Part shown: positions 52,763 through 64,000 of the stretch, in pieces | How positions within the stretch are numbered: the stretch's first letter is position 1 | How the letters are laid out: the number at the start of each line of letters is the position of its first letter | From: Eledone cirrhosa | Taxonomy: Eukaryota | Assembly (NCBI GenBank): GCA_964016885.1 | Contig: OZ024743.1 | Coordinates: forward strand, 24,242,001 to 24,306,000 | Direction: 5' to 3' | Length of the DNA: 64,000 nt | Notes under the pieces: model-generated | Told to the model about the DNA's origin: nothing | The model's database searches: none | What the model saw: only the letters and a program-made list of their open reading frames with translations | Position numbers and translations under genes: made by a program

Positions 52763-52890
52763 CATTTCTACAGCTGAGTAAACTGTAGCAACGTGAAATA
52801 AAGTGTCTTGCTCAAGGAAACAACACATCACCCGGTCCGAGAATTGAACTCACAACCTTTCGATTGCAAGCCCACTAAGCCATGCGCTTG
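52763..52890 (-). mobile_element. SINE family B copy
   Basis: CATTTCTACAGCTGAGT..GAAATAAAGTGTCTTGCTCAAGGA..CCACTAAGCCATGCGC, homologous to 9254-9392. Confidence 0.75.
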
Positions 52891-53292
52891 TACCTTACCA
52901 CAAAGCAAAACCTACTTTGAAATACACACACTCGCTCTAACAGTCAGTGTATATATCGTATTAAGGTAAAGAAATCATATGTGGCATTGCGTGAAGAGAG
53001 GGTACGTGGTATCCGAGAGTCGAAGAAAATCGGAACATTCTTAAATCACATTGAAAGTGTTGTGCTGGGGTGTTTCGTTAATACATTTGCATATTATTGA
53101 TTCATTATTGATTCATTACTGATTCATAATTTTGTAGAGAATAAACGACGTTGCATTCAATTAAATACACCGGTGCGAGTTTTTATATATGTGTTTGTGA
53201 TAACAGGCTTAATTCAGTATAGCGTACACTTTTTTCTCAGTTGTCAACCAGATACGGACATATCATATATACATACATACATACACACACAC

Positions 53293-53351
<59 letters not shown>

Positions 53352-53432
53352 TATATGTGTGTGTGTATATATATATGTATACAAACACACATGTACACAC
53401 ACACACACATAAATATATATAAATATAATAAT

Positions 53433-53621
53433 TGTTTCTACTTTAGGCACAAGGCCAGCAATTACCCAGTGCATTACTGGTACTTTATTTTATCGACCCC
53501 GTAAGGATGAAAGGCAAAGTCAACCTCGGCGGGATTTGAACTCAGATCGTAAAGGGACGTAACTATGCTGGAAAGCATGGCGTCCGACCCTCTACCGATA
53601 CTGCCAATCCACCGCCTTTAT
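53433..53621 (-). mobile_element. SINE-A copy (young) with 19-bp TSD
   Basis: Full consensus; TATATATAAATATAATAAT at 53414-53432 and 53622-53640. Confidence 0.9.
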
Positions 53622-53861
53622 TATATATAAATATAATAATGAAGACAACAGTGTATTTGAATCATATCATCTTTGTTACTGTTATATCTATATATACATA
53701 TAAATACACATATACAATTATACATATGTGTATATATTTATATGTATATACATATACAAGTATGTGCCTGAGTGTGTATACATTTATATATATTATATAT
53801 ATTATTTATATATATTATATATATATAGTCATATATATATATACACACATCTATCTATCCA

Positions 53862-53944
<83 letters not shown>

Positions 53945-54091
53945 GTATACACACTTTTTTGAACGGTAAAAGAGAGAAATTATCTCATCTCTTTCTATAG
54001 CTGGATGTGCTATAGAAATATATTGTAAGAGCACTCTCTTATATCTGTTATCTTTCATGCTTACTGCTCATCTCCAAACGATGCTCAATGC

Positions 54092-54161
<70 letters not shown>

Positions 54162-54627
54162 TGTATGTATGTATGTATGTATGTATATTTATGTCTGCGC
54201 GTGTGTGAAGAATCTACACATCTATAGTCATTCTAATTTTATTATCTTATTTCTAACCATTAAACTCTACATAAATAGTAAAACTGAATTTCGTATAGTT
54301 AAAATTTCAAATAGTATCCTAGGAAAAAATATGCATAACAATTTTGTTACATAATGGTAAAAATATTTTCAAAAGTGTTAACTTTTCACTAAGTTTTGGC
54401 ATAAATATTAGCCAATTTTTAAAATATATCAAACATATTTTTCTCGACATATATATATGGTCAGTACTTGAACGTATTTATCACAACTATAGCCACCAAC
54501 ATTGATCACAAATAGCACTCCGAATTTTGTCTTTGAACGTAATTTTATTGCATTTAATAGTTTATTTTCTTCATGACGTGAATTAGTCAACCCGTATCAC
54601 TAACAAGAAGTGAAATATTTACAAGAA

Positions 54628-55111
54628 CTAGCAGAAAAACCACCCTTCGGGTGGTTTTCTGCTAGCATGTGTGGTATGTATAATTATATTATGCGCAGGT
54701 ATATATACATGTAGATGTGATACATCAAATAAAATCGTAATTGACAATATATAATACATAGAAATTGAACGAAGACTGTGTTACACTGTCTTATTTAATC
54801 AGTAACGTAATCCATGATACATTAAAACAGACGATATTATATGTAAACTGCATTAGGAGAAAATTAGTGACAGAAAATTAGTATGTTTATTTAAGCGATG
54901 GCCAACCGGAAGTGTTGACATTTCAGAAATTTTAAAGAAGTGAATCTTTAAATAAACAAAATATATTTAATCAACAGCCACGAAATTTAGTAGATAAATT
55001 TTGTAATATTCATTCATTATTTATTCAAAGTAATCCAACTTATTTTACTAATGGAATAAAAAATTATAAACCGTACGAAGTCCCGCGCTCCTTACTTTAT
55101 TATAGTTTAGA
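54628..55111 (-). mobile_element. non-autonomous Helitron
   Basis: Minus strand A|TCTAAACTATAATAAAG ... hairpin CCACCCGAAGGGTGG ... CTAG|T: canonical TC/CTRR ends in an AT target. Confidence 0.65.
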
Positions 55112-55643
55112 TTGTGCATATATCGCTAGAGCGTCTGATAAAAGGCTTTGCGGTATTTAATCAGGACTCTCTAATTCGTGAGTTCAAATCCGGCCTGTCA
55201 ACCTTCTGGTGTCGATAAAATAAAGTACCATTTAAGTACTGGGGCCGACCTAATGGATTCCCCCTGCTCCCTTGTTAAATAATTATCAATACACAAATAC
55301 CAAGCTAAAGTAACGACAATTTATATAAATACAATTTGAAAACAATTTGAAATCTTAATCCTACCGAGCCACGCTGGAAGCTTGATGGAAATAGAAGCCA
55401 AATCTGCCTATAACTGAACCCTACTGTTTAAAAAAAAAGGACACGTTTAATAATGTAGCCCTAAATATAGCATATCTTTATTTGACATGTACACTAAGCC
55501 GCTGCATTATAGTGGTCTTAATATGTTAATATGAAGTACAGTGAATCTAAAGCAATGTATCTGTAGACCGTAAATTTCTTATGAGACATGGATCTGTGTG
55601 CCCAGTAATAACCTGTGACTAACAAGTAGCAACAAATTAACCA

Positions 55644-55918
55644 GGTTGTTTTATTTGTTAGAAATAATTATTTCTACTTTTGGCACAAGGCCAGCAATTA
55701 TCCCAGTGCATTACTGGTACTTTATTTTATCAACCCCGTAAGGATGAAAAGCAAAGTTAACTTCGGTGGGATTTGAACTCAGACCATAAATTCCGCCGAG
55801 GTTAACTTTTCCTTTCATCCTTACGGGGTCGATAAAATAAAGTACCAGTAATACACTGGGATAGTTGCTGGCCTTGTGCCAAAAGTAGAAACAATTATTT
55901 CTAACAAATGAAACAACC
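55644..55918. repeat. fold-back inverted repeat made of a SINE-A 3' part plus its unique flank
   Basis: GGTTGTTTTATTTGTTAGAAATAATT + SINE(-) is mirrored by SINE(+) + AATTATTTCTAACAAATGAAACAACC. Confidence 0.88.
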
Positions 55919-55939
55919 CCCATCTAAATCTCACCAACT

Positions 55940-56450
55940 CATAATCTGCTGTTTTAAAAATCGGTAGCACACACTCGATAATGTAGGTCTAGTTATTATT
56001 TTTAGTAGATCGAACAAGAAAGAAAAAGCTCTTCCGTTGGCCTGCAATACCATGTTTGTAAATGATAGCCATGTAATGTCTGAAGGTCCGCCCAAATGGT
56101 GTCGATAACATAACGTGTCAAATGCTTCCGATTTAGGTGATGGGTGCTCCATTGAAGCCAGATCTACTCCCTGCACTTTCAATTTACAATTACATGATTT
56201 AGAGATTGTTTGTAATGGCCTTGTTCGGATGTGCGCATAGTTATGCCAACTCTACAATTTCACTGAGGGTATACGCCAAACACTTTGTGGGTACAGGAAC
56301 TATAATCTTGAACTTTATTTTCGACTGAGTCATGAGTGGCTTGTTATCTAGCATGTTCTCGCTGTTTACATCATTTCTTAGCAGCGTTAACACATTAGCT
56401 CCCACAGTGTAGTAAGTTCCCAATTTGCTTACACTTGTGATAAATACCAG
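55940..56450 (-). mobile_element. old Tx1-type RT fragment
   Basis: LTLLRNDVNSENMLDNKPLMTQSKIKFKII..TKCLAY vs VALLRKDPNKRDNIDNFRPITLLNTEFKIL..AKRLAL; EAFDT vs KAFDR. Confidence 0.65.
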
Positions 56451-57485
56451 CCACGGTCGGATAATAGAAGTTTTGTTTTCACAAATTGAAATAAAATCGT
56501 AAGAAAGAAATTTGCAAGTGAAAACTGCCTAAAAGATGGCGTTTATGTCGCTTTACCTGCTAAAAATAGCAGCTGACCTCCTTTCTGCCTGGGAAAAAGA
56601 AGGATGGCCATAGTTGAAATACTTTTGACTAAAAATCTCTCCGGTCGTGTCTAAGATCTATTTATCGACAACAACTTAAACATGAATGCCTACATTTCCT
56701 TTAGATTACACCCTACCAGATTTGGAAATATAAAGGATATGTTCAAATAAAGATGATATGGTCATTACTGGAATGCCTTCGATCATATATCGGCTCCATT
56801 ATGAGAGATCTGGAGCTAAAAAACAAGACATGATTATTATTCCGCGCTTGCTGGTGACTTCCAGGAGAGATCTGCGAGATTTTTAATGGAATTCATTATC
56901 ACCAAATTCTTCTAATCTTCGAGAAGCTCAGCGATATAATGCCAAAATGTCTCACAATTACTTGGAATCGAGCATGATACATATGGTAGCATTGTTGATG
57001 TTTGGCGTCTCTAATTGTAATTTTCGTTTGTAGTTAGTGTGTAATGAAGAGATACTATATTTTGAATAGAGGACTACATCCTGATTTTACCTTTGTGTTT
57101 ATCCTGATTTTACGATATTCTTATAGTTTTATTATATGAACCATATTATAAAGAGCAGTGGTTTGGCAAAAACTGTAGAGCATCTGCCTTTACAGTATCT
57201 AAGTTTCTTCTTTTGAGTTCTCCATTCGAATCATGTCGACTCTGGCTTTTATCCTTTTAGGACCGATCAAATAATTACAAGTAAATTATCAGACAATATA
57301 ACTACCTAAATCTCAACCTCTTTTCCCCCAAAAGTTATTCTGTCCTTAGTGTAATGCTTTTAGATTTTAATTGTAAACCTTCTAATTCGGTCTGTTTTTT
57401 ACTTAAGGAAATCTCCCACTCCGCTTTTTCTTTATATTTTTCTCCATTTTGGTGCCATGTGTAAAACAGCGAAAGTAATATTAAT

Positions 57486-57675
57486 TGTTTCTACTTTTGG
57501 CACAAGGCCAGCAATTATCTCAGTGTATTACTGGTACTTTATTTTATCGACCCCGTAAGTATGAAAGGCAAAGTTAACCTCAGCGCGATTTGAACTCAGA
57601 CCATAAAGGGCCGTAACTCTTTGCTGCAAAGCATGTCGTCCGACCCTCTACCGATACTACCAATCCACCGCCCTA
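57486..57675 (-). mobile_element. SINE-A copy with 16-bp TSD
   Basis: Full consensus; CGAAAGTAATATTAAT at 57470-57485 and 57676-57691. Confidence 0.9.
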
Positions 57676-58179
57676 CGAAAGTAATATTAATATCATTACG
57701 ATAGTGATAGCGATGGATGGTATTATCGCCAGAGCGAGACACAATACTTTACGCCTTGTTTCAACTCCTGCCAAGATCTACTTAGTATTTCATCCGTCAA
57801 AGGTCGATAAAATGAACTACCGGTTAAGTCCTAGGGTTGAAAGTACTCGATATAATCGACTTTCCCCTTCCACTAAATTGCAGGCCCTGTACCAATGTTA
57901 CAAAGAGCTATTGTTGCGATGGTGATAGCAGAATCAGTAGCGTGTCCGACAAAATTGTTTGTTTGCGTTTTGATTTCAAATGACGCCGGGTTCAACATTT
58001 TTATACTTCCGGGAGCGAGGAAATAAAATACCAGTCAAATACTGGGGTCAATATTGTAGACTATACTCCTTAAAATTTAAGATCTTGTTCCTCTGTTAAA
58101 AATCAATAATCCTCATTCAAATCAACTGTAGGCGGTTTGACACCGATAAATAAATGGACAATTGTATAATAGTGTGAGA

Positions 58180-58910
58180 AGATGGTAAAATGGATAGACG
58201 GGTGGCTGGATGAATAGAAAGTTGAATAGGAAGATCGATGGATCGATCAATGGAAGAATGGGTGGATAGTTGGCTGGATATAGGTGTGTAACTTAAATTG
58301 ATATGAAAATGGTAGAATGGATAGATGAATGAATGGATGGATGGATGGGGCAGGGAGGGGAAGATAGATGGAGGGTGGGAGATAAGGATAGCTTGATTAT
58401 TGGACAGATGATTAATTGGATGGAAAGATGTGTAAATGGTAAGATATGGCTAGAAGTTTGAGCGGAAAGTTGGATGGTTGAGGTGTTAGTTAGAAGAATG
58501 GATAGGTGAATAGTTGTTGAATGGATGTATGAATCGATTATTTGGGAAATGATTGATTAGGTGGATAGAAAGTTGGGTAGATAGAAAAAGTTGATAGATG
58601 AATGGTTAGGCGGAAGCTTGGATGAATATTTGAAAAGATTGGCTAGAAGGATGGTTAAATAGATGAATGAAGAGGTAGATATCTGAGTGGTTGGCTGGCT
58701 GATCGATGGTTAGACGGCTGACCCATGGTTAAATGTTTGGTTGTCTATATGGATGGATAGATGGCTTGTTAGTTAAGTTATTTGGAAGAATGCAATACGA
58801 CCGACTGGTTGGTTGTCTGTCTGTATGGCTGGTTGACTAGATGACTGGCTAAATGGCTGGCTGGTTGTTTAAAGCTATGTTGGTTGACTGGCTGGTTACA
58901 TACATTCGGC
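58180..58910. repeat. decayed (GGAT)n/(GGTT/GGCT)n tetranucleotide array
   Basis: Persistent 4-nt periodicity. Confidence 0.7.
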
Positions 58911-59466
58911 TGATGCAGATTTGCTGGTGAGCAGGGCGTGTGTTAGGGCTAACCATGGAGGCGGTTGATTAAATTTAAACTTTAAGCTGAGTGACTAGAA
59001 GAATGGAAGGAAGATAGACAGTCAATCGAACACACAGACACACGGAACTAATAATTATATCGCGCCAATGAGGGAGAGGGGGAAGGGGCTACAAAAAGAG
59101 ACCGTTGACAGAGAGAAAAAGGCTTGTAAGGCTGCAAATGGAAGCGGGAAAGGAAGAGTCAGAGAGAACGACAATTATAGATATAAAGGCATGCATATAG
59201 ACACAGGGATACATAGGCAGACAAAGATATAAACCCAAAGAAACACGGAGAGACTGGGTTACATTGAGACACAAAAGAGAGGAGATGGCTAGAAATAGAT
59301 AGATAGACTGTCACATAAAGATTATATGTAAACATGAGTTTATAAGGAACTTGGCACCCAAGTTTACAATTTCCGCATTAATTGTAATATATATAGATAT
59401 ACAAGTATATATATATATACAAGTAAAATACGGCGAAAGCTTCTATTTCTAATATATATATATATA

Positions 59467-59510
59467 TCCTGATGATTTCTCCCGAATGAAACAGTTCTAG
59501 TCCTGTAGAA
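59467..59510 (+). ncRNA. hammerhead ribozyme motif
   Basis: tc-CTGATGA-t-ttc(tccc)gaa-t-GAAACAG(ttctagtc)CTGTA-ga. Intact core, stems II and III; stem I is truncated by the adjoining (TA)n. Confidence 0.65.
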
Positions 59511-59516
59511 GCCTTT

Positions 59517-59563
<47 letters not shown>

Positions 59564-59748
59564 AAAAAGTATGACCCCGACGGCAGAGCTCAAGCCGTTT
59601 CGACGGCTATTTCTGGACGCATATATATATATATATATAGGAACGAGTAGGACCCTACTCGTTCCTATTACCCACTCTACTACCCTAAGTATTGAGTACT
59701 TTGGTGCGTTATGGTCCACCTGGTTCCTTACCACATTTCCTTCGTTAT

Positions 59749-59834
<86 letters not shown>

Positions 59835-60363
59835 TCTGAAACTAGCGTTTGTAACAGCAAGAGCTCAGCCGTCGGGTTCCCGACTCTTTAGAATATATAT
59901 ATTTTTACATGCGTTGTTGGAATGACTGCTTTAGGTTTCAATTTATTTACTAGAACCTTCTCGTATTTTCTCACGAGTCTTTTACAGATCATTTGATATA
60001 ACAATATTCCCATGTCCATATTTTTGTAAACGTTTCCAAACTAAGAAATTAACTTAAGAAGTATTTGAAATACATATGACTCTATGAAATGACCAGAATA
60101 ATAGTCAATCACTAAAATACTATTTAAGAAAATCGGGTAAAAAAAAAGTATTTCTACAGAATGTACATAAAAGTAAAGAGAGGCGTCTGCGAGGAATCGA
60201 ATGCAGCATCACTCTGTTGTTTTGCGGGGGTGTTACCCACGACGCTATAGAGACACCGACCAGAAATTCCAACTACATATTTCAAGAAATAGTTTCTCTG
60301 CAAAAGTAGTAGTAGTAGTAGTGGTGGTAGTGGCATTAGAAATAACAGCGTTAGCAGCAGCGG

Positions 60364-60957
<594 letters not shown>

Positions 60958-61543
60958 AGTAACCAGAATATATCCAAATGTTTCACATGTTTTATTACCA
61001 AATCCAGGGTGAAAAGTCTGCTGTATTGGTCAGAGAGGGGCGAAGACAATTGCCACAACACCTCTCTACGTACATTTAATATATTCAACTCATCTAATGC
61101 AGTGGATGCAACTACTTCCTTATTAATGCAATACGCTCCGAGTAAAATGTAGTTAAATTATAATTACAACCCGTTGCAATTAGAAATTCAGGTGATCATC
61201 TATGTTTTGTGATTAGGGATTTCATTGAAGGGATCACGTGTCAGGTTTATGAATATGAATATGCCTAAAAAGGCATTTCATTTCATTAACGAACTAAACA
61301 CTAAGATTCGTTGTTGAGCAAAGTGAAAACATTTACATGATGTGATGTAAGTGTATTGAATAAAACATTGTCAGAAACGCCTTGCAAACTGATCGAGGAG
61401 GGTTACAACTTACACTCGAATTGTCTTCTTCTCCCCCTTCTTTCTCTCTCATCTCTCTCTCTCTCTCTCTCTCTCGCTCTCTCTCTCTCTTTCTCTCCCC
61501 CACTCTTTCTCTCTATCTATCTATCTATATATATATATATATC

Positions 61544-61575
<32 letters not shown>

Positions 61576-61582
61576 ATATTAT

Positions 61583-61627
<45 letters not shown>

Positions 61628-61636
61628 ATATATATT

Positions 61637-61740
<104 letters not shown>

Positions 61741-61801
61741 TATATATATATTATATATATATATATATATTATATATATATAATATATATATATATATAA
61801 T

Positions 61802-61833
<32 letters not shown>

Positions 61834-61835
<2 letters not shown>

Positions 61836-62011
61836 ACTGTTTCTAGTTTAGGCACAAGGCCAGCAATTACCCAGTGTATTACTGGTACTTTATTTTATCG
61901 ACCCCGTAAGGATGAAAGGCAAAGTTAACCTCGGCAGGATTTGAACTCAGATCGTAAAGGGACGTAATTATGCTGGAAAGCATGGCGTCCAGCCCTCTAC
62001 CGATACTGCCA
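61834..62011 (-). mobile_element. SINE-A copy (young)
   Basis: Full consensus match. Confidence 0.9.
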
Positions 62012-62190
62012 AACGAAGGAAAAGTGGTAAGGAACCATATGGACCATAACGCACCAAAGTACTTAATACTTAGGGTAGTAGAGTGGGTAATAGGAACGAG
62101 TAGGATCCCGAATAGCTGAGCTCAAGCCGTTTCGACGGCTAATTCTGGACTCAAAACGGCTTGAGCTCAGCCGTCGGGGTCCTACTCGTT

Positions 62191-62195
<5 letters not shown>
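62012..62195. repeat. repeat module, inverted copy of 59570-59746
   Basis: AACGAAGGAAAAGTGGTAAGGAACC..TAGGAACGAGTAGG is the reverse complement of 59654-59746; both loci contain GAGCTCAAGCCGTTTCGACGGCTA.TTCTGGAC. Confidence 0.85.
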
Positions 62196-62258
<63 letters not shown>

Positions 62259-62705
62259 TAATTTATCCAATTCTTTTCCTTCTTAGTCCGTAAAAATCAA
62301 CCAGATAAATAATCATTTAAACAGAGTTAAGTTTAAAATGTAACTTTGAAGAAATAACAGATAAATGTTACAGTCTTTCCTCTGTGAGGAACAGTCAGAT
62401 AAGATTTACCTAGTCTTTCCTCTTAGACCCTAGAAATTAACTAGACAAATAATCAATTAAACGGAGCAAAGTCTAAGATGTAAGTATATATATAAACTGA
62501 GAAAAATTAACAGAGAGGGGACAAGACAACGAACAAAAAGAAGGTAAAACGAAAAACAATTCTTAAATTTTTTTTTTTTTTTTTAATAAAAATACAAACG
62601 AAAGACAGAACTCCAGGTCCTCTACCAACAGTACTGCTGGTCCGACAGGAGTCACAGCGTCTGACACAAGCCAAACGCTGTCTAGCTGAGTAAGAGACAA
62701 GAGAC

Positions 62706-62896
62706 GGGCGGTGGATTGGCAGTATCGGTAGAGAGTCGGACACCATGCTTTGACGCATAGAGTTATGTCCCTTGCCATTCTGAGTTCAAATCCCGCCGAG
62801 GTTAACTTTGCCTTTCATCCTTACGAGGTCGATAAAATAAAGTACCAGTAATGCACTAAGTAATCGCTGGCCTTGTACCAAAAGTAGAAACAATTA
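62706..62896 (+). mobile_element. SINE-A copy
   Basis: Full consensus match. Confidence 0.9.
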
Positions 62897-63061
62897 ATTT
62901 ATTGCAATTCAGTTAGAACAAGTACATATAGAATTTTATATGACAACAGGGAAAAGGTGAGGTGATTCTTATAGCACCAAAGTCTCACGAACGAAACAAA
63001 GGAAAAGAAAAGTAGAAGCCATTTCTATATATATATATATTCTCAACGCTTCAAAAGCCGA

Positions 63062-63153
63062 AAATTCTTCGTACACTGTTTATATATATATATATATATA
63101 TACATATATAAACAGTGTACGAAGAATTTGGACTGAGGTTTGATATGATTTCC

Positions 63154-63209
<56 letters not shown>

Positions 63210-63234
63210 GGAAATCATATCAAACCTCAGTCCA
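63062..63234. repeat. two adjacent palindromes centred on (TA)n
   Basis: 63062-63080 mirrors 63111-63129; 63129-63158 mirrors 63205-63234. Confidence 0.9.
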
Positions 63235-63725
63235 CCATTTGCCTCCATCACGGAATCATGGTTCAACTAAACACTCTTGCGATATTAATACATTTTAATC
63301 TGCTTAACTTCAATGACTGTGCCTGTAAATAACATTATTTTTTCTTCCACATTGACTTTTTACGTTCCACATTATGCACGTTTTTTTTTCCTTTTTCTTT
63401 TTTCTTTTCATTTCTTAAACCTTGTTTGTAAATAACATTATTCTTTCTGCACCTTCTGTTTAACATGTGCGACACCACACTAATACATTTCACTATCATT
63501 TGATAATGCATATAAATGCTGAAACCGGTAATAGACAATAATTAAATATATAAATAGATAAATAACTGCCATTGTTAAATAATAAATAAATCAACTAATA
63601 CCTTAACATTTCACACAAAGTAAAACATTTCGTTTTAATCATTTTCTAACCCAGAAAAAAGAGAGAGAGAAACAAAAAAGGAAAAAAAATATTTTTCTTT
63701 CTCATAATCGTCTCTTTCTCCCTGT

Positions 63726-63805
<80 letters not shown>

Positions 63806-64000
63806 GAGACGAAGAGTGACGATGAATAGAAGGATGTATAGATTAGAGATAGATAAAGAGATTGTGTGAGGGTGGAGAAAACAATCAGAGAGTATTGACA
63901 GAGACAGATTTTGCTTGGTATATAACGAGACAGATACATATATATTAATCGATAGATCGAATCATCTGATGCCACCGTTGAACATGTTACGTGACGAAGA

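Noticed and set aside
54628-54665. GC hairpin + T run resembling an intrinsic terminator
   Set aside because: Better explained as the Helitron 3' hairpin next to CTAG in a eukaryotic genome.

Overview
AT-rich, microsatellite-dense animal genomic DNA. The repeat repertoire suggests an octopus or other coleoid cephalopod (inference). I cannot support any host protein-coding exon; nearly all ORFs in the track are translations of simple repeats. The window contains: (1) a full-length but disrupted Tx1/L1-type LINE (about 24.4-30.3 kb) and five truncated, deleted or older relatives; (2) a near-complete Neptune-type Penelope-like element (RT + GIY-YIG, 11.4-15.8 kb, minus strand); (3) an R4/Dong-type REL-endonuclease fragment; (4) RTE remnants; (5) non-autonomous Helitrons; (6) about 20 copies of a tRNA-derived SINE. 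The most interesting signals are about a dozen minimal type-I hammerhead-ribozyme motifs in short modules between (TA)n/(CT)n tracts, several duplicated as long fold-back inverted repeats; a shared 3' terminus and similar TSD length between the SINE and the Tx1 LINE (candidate SINE-LINE pair); and SINE (ATT)n tails acting as landing pads for nested LINE insertions. All folds and alignments were read by eye and none was computed.
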